A stretch of DNA of 10,297 bases from an uncultured bacterium (GTDB taxonomy: Bacteria > Eisenbacteria > RBG-16-71-46 > CAZEPH01): assembly GCA_964514075.1 (NCBI GenBank), contig CAZEPH010000056.1, forward strand, positions 1 to 10,297, given 5' to 3'. This document shows positions 7,130 through 10,297 of this stretch, one piece after another; the stretch's first letter is position 1; each line of letters begins with the position of its first letter. Under the pieces are notes generated by a model. It was not told where the DNA came from. It ran no database searches and was given only the letters and a program-made list of their open reading frames with translations. Both the position numbers and the translations under genes were made by a program.

Positions 7130-7223
7130 GGAATACACAGCGCACTTTCCGCATACGTCCTCCTGACACAACGGACTCGCACACCCTCATCTCGCCCGCG
7201 AGGTCGTCTAGCCGGAGGACATC

Positions 7224-9500
7224 ATGAGAGCGCTTACGAATTGCATCATCCTGGTCGCCATCGTGGTCATCGCGCAGTTCGAGGGCCGGCCCGCGTTCAC
7301 GCGAACCCGCATCGACGTGATCCCGCCCACGCAACCTCCCATCAGAGTGATTGAACCGCCCGCGTACACAGACGGTGTCGAGACCCGCGCCTCTGTTCGC
7401 GCAACACTCGACGGGATGATCCTGGACGTTCGCTGCGAGCATCTCTTCACAAATAGCGGCACCGTCCAACAAGAAGTGCAGGTGCTCCTGCCCATTCCGC
7501 CCGACGCGGTGGTGACCGACGGCGTGCTTCTCGCAGACGGGCGCGAGTATCCCGCGGAGGTCATGGATGCGGCGGAGGCGCGGCGCATTTACGAGGACAT
7601 CGTGCGCCGGCGGCGCGATCCCGCGCTCATCGAGTTGGTCGGGCATGGACTCATTCGCCTGTCTGCGTTTCCGATTCCGCCGGGCGGTTCGCGCACCGTG
7701 ACGTACCGGTACCATCAATCGGTCGCGACGCAGGAGGATGCGGTGCGCCTGCACTTTCCGTTCGCGACGCTCCGCGGTCTCGGGCAGGACGGCCCGATCG
7801 ACTTCCGCCTCGACGTCACCGGACAGGAGCCGATCGTTGCGGTGTACTCGCCGAGTCACTCGGTGGACATCGACCGCAAGAGCGCGCACGCCGCACGCGT
7901 GACCTACGAGGCGCGTTCCGCGCGTCAAGACGATGCACTGGAGCTGATCGTGCGGCGCAGCGAGCGTCCGATCGGAGTGGACCTCCGCACCGCGCCGGGG
8001 AGCGACGAGGACGACTACTTTCTGTTGGCTGTGTCGCCCGGGTGGGACCTGCTGCAACGCCGTCATCGCACACCGGAGACCGCGATCTTCGTGCTCGACA
8101 CGTCCGGGTCGATGGACGGCGAGAAGTTCATCCAAGCTCGGACCGCTCTCCATCGATTCATCGACGATCTGGACGAGAGCGATCGCTTCAACGTGGTTGC
8201 CTTCTCCGATGGAGCGCACTCGCTATTTGAGGACGGCCCGCACGTCGCCACGCGCCGCGAGCGGTCCGAGGCGCGCGAGTGGATCGATCGCCTCGACACC
8301 GGCGGAAGCACCGCGATCGGTGAAGCGCTCGACACGGCGTGCCAAGCCGCCTGGGAGCCCACGATGATCCTCTTTCTCACGGACGGCCGCCCCACGGTCG
8401 GTGAGAAACGACACGACGCTTTGGTGCGGCGTGCGCGTCGAGCGGGAGAGCGCGTGCGCTTCTTTGCGTTCGGCGTCGGCTACGACGTGGACGCACGACT
8501 GCTCGACGATCTCGCGCAACACGGCGGCGGTGGTGCAGCGCGCTACGTCCGCTCGGGCGAGAACGTGGATGCGGCCGTGACGGAATTGCACCGCCGTGTC
8601 GCGCACCCGTGTGCGCGGCGCGTGCGCGTTACGATCGACGGCGCCATGACGCACGATGTGTTCCCGCGCGCAGGCGATCGCGACCTGTACGCGGGCGAGC
8701 CGTTGTTGTTGGCCGGGCGCGTGAGGCCCGACGCGCGCCACGCCGTCGTGCGTCTCACCGCGGAGTCGCCGAGCGGTGAACCGCTGAGCGGCGAGTGGCG
8801 CGTCGACTTCGATGATCCGCACGCTCGCAGTGCATCCGTTCCGGTTCTGTGGGCCGCGCGCAAAGCCGCTTCTCTGCTCGACGACCTGCGGCGTTCGGGG
8901 CGCGATCCGCGGACGGTGCGTGAGCTGCGCGCACTCGCAGCGCGCTACGGCATTCTCACGGAGGAGGTGGCGTTGCTCGCGCGCGACGAAGATGCGGTGG
9001 CGCTCAGCCGGCCGATCGTGCGTTCGGGTCGCGCGCACGTCCCGCCGAGCGTCGGCGTGCCGGCGCCTGTCGCGCCGCAGGACGTACCGTCGTTCACTCG
9101 AGGGGGACGCGCGAACGAGGTCACGTTCCACATCGATGCAGCCGCCGAAGCCTCTCGACTACGCGAGTCCAAGGCCGCTGGCGCGGTGACGGATGACCGC
9201 GCGGCGCAGTCGACGCGCGTGGCGGGCGGCGTGACGTTCGAAGTGCACGACGGCGTGTGGGTCGATCAGCGACTCGCGCACTCCCTGCGGCCAGCCGGTC
9301 GTACGACGAAGATCCGTGCCTACGGCGCATCGTACTTCACGCTCGTCGCGCGAAGCCCGAAGCTGGTGGAGTGGTTCCATGTCGGCGAACACGTGCGGAT
9401 TCTGCTTCCGGGCTTGATTCTGGAGGTGGCGCCGGACGGGGCGGATGCTCTGACGGAGCAGCAACTCGACGACATCCTCGCTGCGGTGAAGAAGTCTTAG
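7224..9500 (+). CDS. Membrane-anchored/secreted VIT (vault/inter-alpha-trypsin) domain + von Willebrand factor type A (vWA) domain protein
   Basis: An N-terminal signal/anchor (MRALTNCIILVAIVVIAQF) is followed by a VIT-like segment (LLPIPPDAVVTDGVLLADGREYPAEVMDAAEARRIYEDIVRRRRDPALIELVGHGLIRLSAFPIPPGGSRTVTYRY). The vWA domain has a full MIDAS: DTSGS in IFVLDTSGSMDG, T in GGSTAIGEAL and D in ILFLTDGRPT. A ~280-aa C-terminal extension follows. GGAGGA RBS at 7215-7220, 4 nt before the ATG at 7224. Confidence 0.85.
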   Translation: MRALTNCIILVAIVVIAQFEGRPAFTRTRIDVIPPTQPPIRVIEPPAYTDGVETRASVRATLDGMILDVRCEHLFTNSGTVQQEVQVLLPIPPDAVVTDGVLLADGREYPAEVMDAAEARRIYEDIVRRRRDPALIELVGHGLIRLSAFPIPPGGSRTVTYRYHQSVATQEDAVRLHFPFATLRGLGQDGPIDFRLDVTGQEPIVAVYSPSHSVDIDRKSAHAARVTYEARSARQDDALELIVRRSERPIGVDLRTAPGSDEDDYFLLAVSPGWDLLQRRHRTPETAIFVLDTSGSMDGEKFIQARTALHRFIDDLDESDRFNVVAFSDGAHSLFEDGPHVATRRERSEAREWIDRLDTGGSTAIGEALDTACQAAWEPTMILFLTDGRPTVGEKRHDALVRRARRAGERVRFFAFGVGYDVDARLLDDLAQHGGGGAARYVRSGENVDAAVTELHRRVAHPCARRVRVTIDGAMTHDVFPRAGDRDLYAGEPLLLAGRVRPDARHAVVRLTAESPSGEPLSGEWRVDFDDPHARSASVPVLWAARKAASLLDDLRRSGRDPRTVRELRALAARYGILTEEVALLARDEDAVALSRPIVRSGRAHVPPSVGVPAPVAPQDVPSFTRGGRANEVTFHIDAAAEASRLRESKAAGAVTDDRAAQSTRVAGGVTFEVHDGVWVDQRLAHSLRPAGRTTKIRAYGASYFTLVARSPKLVEWFHVGEHVRILLPGLILEVAPDGADALTEQQLDDILAAVKKS

Positions 9501-9505
9501 AGAAC

Positions 9506-9549
9506 GCGGGCCGGTCTCCCGCACCGCGGAGACCGGCCCGCGGCGTTTC
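9506..9549. terminator. Bidirectional rho-independent-type terminator hairpin between convergent genes
   Basis: A perfect 14-bp GC-rich inverted repeat: GCGGGCCGGTCTCC (9506-9519) / GGAGACCGGCCCGC (9528-9541), with an 8-nt loop. It is followed by GGCGTTTCC (a short T run). It sits exactly between the VIT-vWA stop (9500) and the NicO-like stop (9550). Confidence 0.6.
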
Positions 9550-10209
9550 CTAGTGCGGCGCCCACGACGGGTGCGACGTAAACAACCCGTCGACGAATCC
9601 GATCTGCGCCATGACGTACACGCCGAACGCGAGACTCAACACGCCTGTCGCGAGGCGCAGCTTCGGCGCGAACGCATCGAACTGCCGCGCCGCCACACTC
9701 GCAGGCACGGCGAACGCGGTAGTGATCACCATCATCCCGAGGATCGTGCCCGCGCCGAACACGACGAGATACGCGGATGCGGCAAGGGGATCGCGCACCG
9801 TCGCGAGAACGAGCAGCGCGACCGCGGCGCTTCCCGCGAGGCCGTGCACCAATCCGAGCACGAACGCACGAACCGACGTACCGCCCGCCTCGGCGCGCGA
9901 CGACAAGAAACCCCGCTGTCCCGCGATGTTCCAGAGTCCGACGAGCGTGAGCGCGATGCCCACGGCGAATTCGAGGGACAAGCCCACACGCGCGGGCACG
10001 GTGAGGTTCAAGAGGATGATTGCTGCACCCACGACCGTGATCGTGAGTGTGTGTCCCAATCCCCACAGCGCACCGATTGTCGCCGACGGCAGGATGCGCT
10101 TGCTGCGTGCGGCGATCGCCGAGACGGCAACGACGTGATCGGCGTCCGTCGCGTGCCGCATGCCAAGAACGAGTCCGAGGCCGATCACCGTGAGAAAGTT
10201 CGAGTCCAT
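9550..10209 (-). CDS. NicO/NiCoT-superfamily (HoxN/HupN/NixA-like) putative nickel/cobalt transporter, short form
   Basis: The 219-aa polytopic membrane protein has RHATDADHVVAVSAI, matching the NiCoT signature RHA(F)DADH(I)AAID (the HX4DH motif) in its first TM. It also has LWGLGHTLTITVV, matching the second NiCoT motif (GHSxVV). GAGGAG RBS 7 nt upstream of the ATG at 10209. It is about half to two-thirds the length of canonical HoxN. Confidence 0.6.
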   Translation of the reverse strand: MDSNFLTVIGLGLVLGMRHATDADHVVAVSAIAARSKRILPSATIGALWGLGHTLTITVVGAAIILLNLTVPARVGLSLEFAVGIALTLVGLWNIAGQRGFLSSRAEAGGTSVRAFVLGLVHGLAGSAAVALLVLATVRDPLAASAYLVVFGAGTILGMMVITTAFAVPASVAARQFDAFAPKLRLATGVLSLAFGVYVMAQIGFVDGLFTSHPSWAPH

Positions 10210-10221
10210 TGCATCTCCTCG

Positions 10222-10297
10222 CTACGTTGAGAGCCGCAGGATGCCGCCTGCGACCAAAGCCTGCACGGCAATCGCCACCCCGAGAACGGTCACGACC
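10222..10297 (-). CDS. 3' end (last 24 codons) of an upstream membrane-protein gene, truncated by the window edge
   Basis: The minus-strand frame reads ...VVTVLGVAIAVQALVAGGILRLST* with the TAG stop at 10222-10224. That is 13 nt before the NicO-like start and overlaps its RBS, suggesting an operon. The peptide is hydrophobic and TM-like, but too short to classify. Confidence 0.25.
   Translation of the reverse strand, partial: VVTVLGVAIAVQALVAGGILRLST

Noticed and set aside
5761-7182. 473-aa minus-strand ORF antisense to the sigma/anti-sigma genes
   Set aside because: The translation is Arg/Ala/Ser/Thr-rich low complexity with no domain features. It completely overlaps two well-supported plus-strand genes. 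It is a typical shadow ORF of GC-rich DNA.
7107-8219. 370-aa minus-strand ORF (and the 8223..9131 302-aa ORF) antisense to the VIT-vWA gene
   Set aside because: Arg/His/Asp-rich nonsense-like translation with no start context. The plus-strand gene has clear VIT and MIDAS motifs.
9553-10230. Plus-strand 225-aa ORF (and minus 9497..10066) opposite the NicO-like gene
   Set aside because: Highly charged Arg/Glu/His-rich translation, antisense to a gene with conserved NiCoT motifs and a good RBS.
1-10297. Search for tRNA/rRNA genes, CRISPR repeats, IS elements, integrase/transposase genes and long direct or inverted repeats
   Set aside because: No cloverleaf-like or rRNA-like segments. No regularly spaced repeats. 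No transposase or integrase-like translations in any frame. The only notable repeats are the 12-bp operator palindrome and the terminator hairpin.

Overview
This is a high-GC (about 70%) bacterial chromosomal segment. It is densely coding, with strong Shine-Dalgarno sites (AGGAGG-type) and many spurious antisense ORFs typical of GC-rich DNA. I found no rRNA, tRNA, CRISPR array or mobile element. I support 11-12 protein genes. Left to right: the C-terminal part of an M16-family peptidase (+, 5' partial). A thyX-SAM methyltransferase pair (-) joined by a 4-nt overlap. An NhaR-like LysR regulator (-), divergent from a short ribosome hibernation factor HPF/RaiA (+) across an unusually AT-rich intergenic island. 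A classical SDR oxidoreductase (-). A tightly packed plus-strand cassette of an SPFH/band-7 membrane scaffold, a 63-aa Arc-like ribbon-helix-helix protein, an ECF sigma factor, a membrane-spanning zinc-finger (ZAS) anti-sigma factor and a 758-aa membrane-anchored VIT + von Willebrand A protein. A strong bidirectional terminator. A short (219 aa) NicO/NiCoT-family putative Ni/Co transporter (-) with HX4DH and GHT motifs. A fragment of another membrane protein at the right edge. The most interesting element is the five-gene SPFH-RHH-ECF sigma-ZAS anti-sigma-VIT/vWA cassette (4480-9500). It has overlapping start and stop codons and a perfect 12-bp palindrome in its promoter. I propose it as a candidate uncharacterised envelope signalling or surveillance module.
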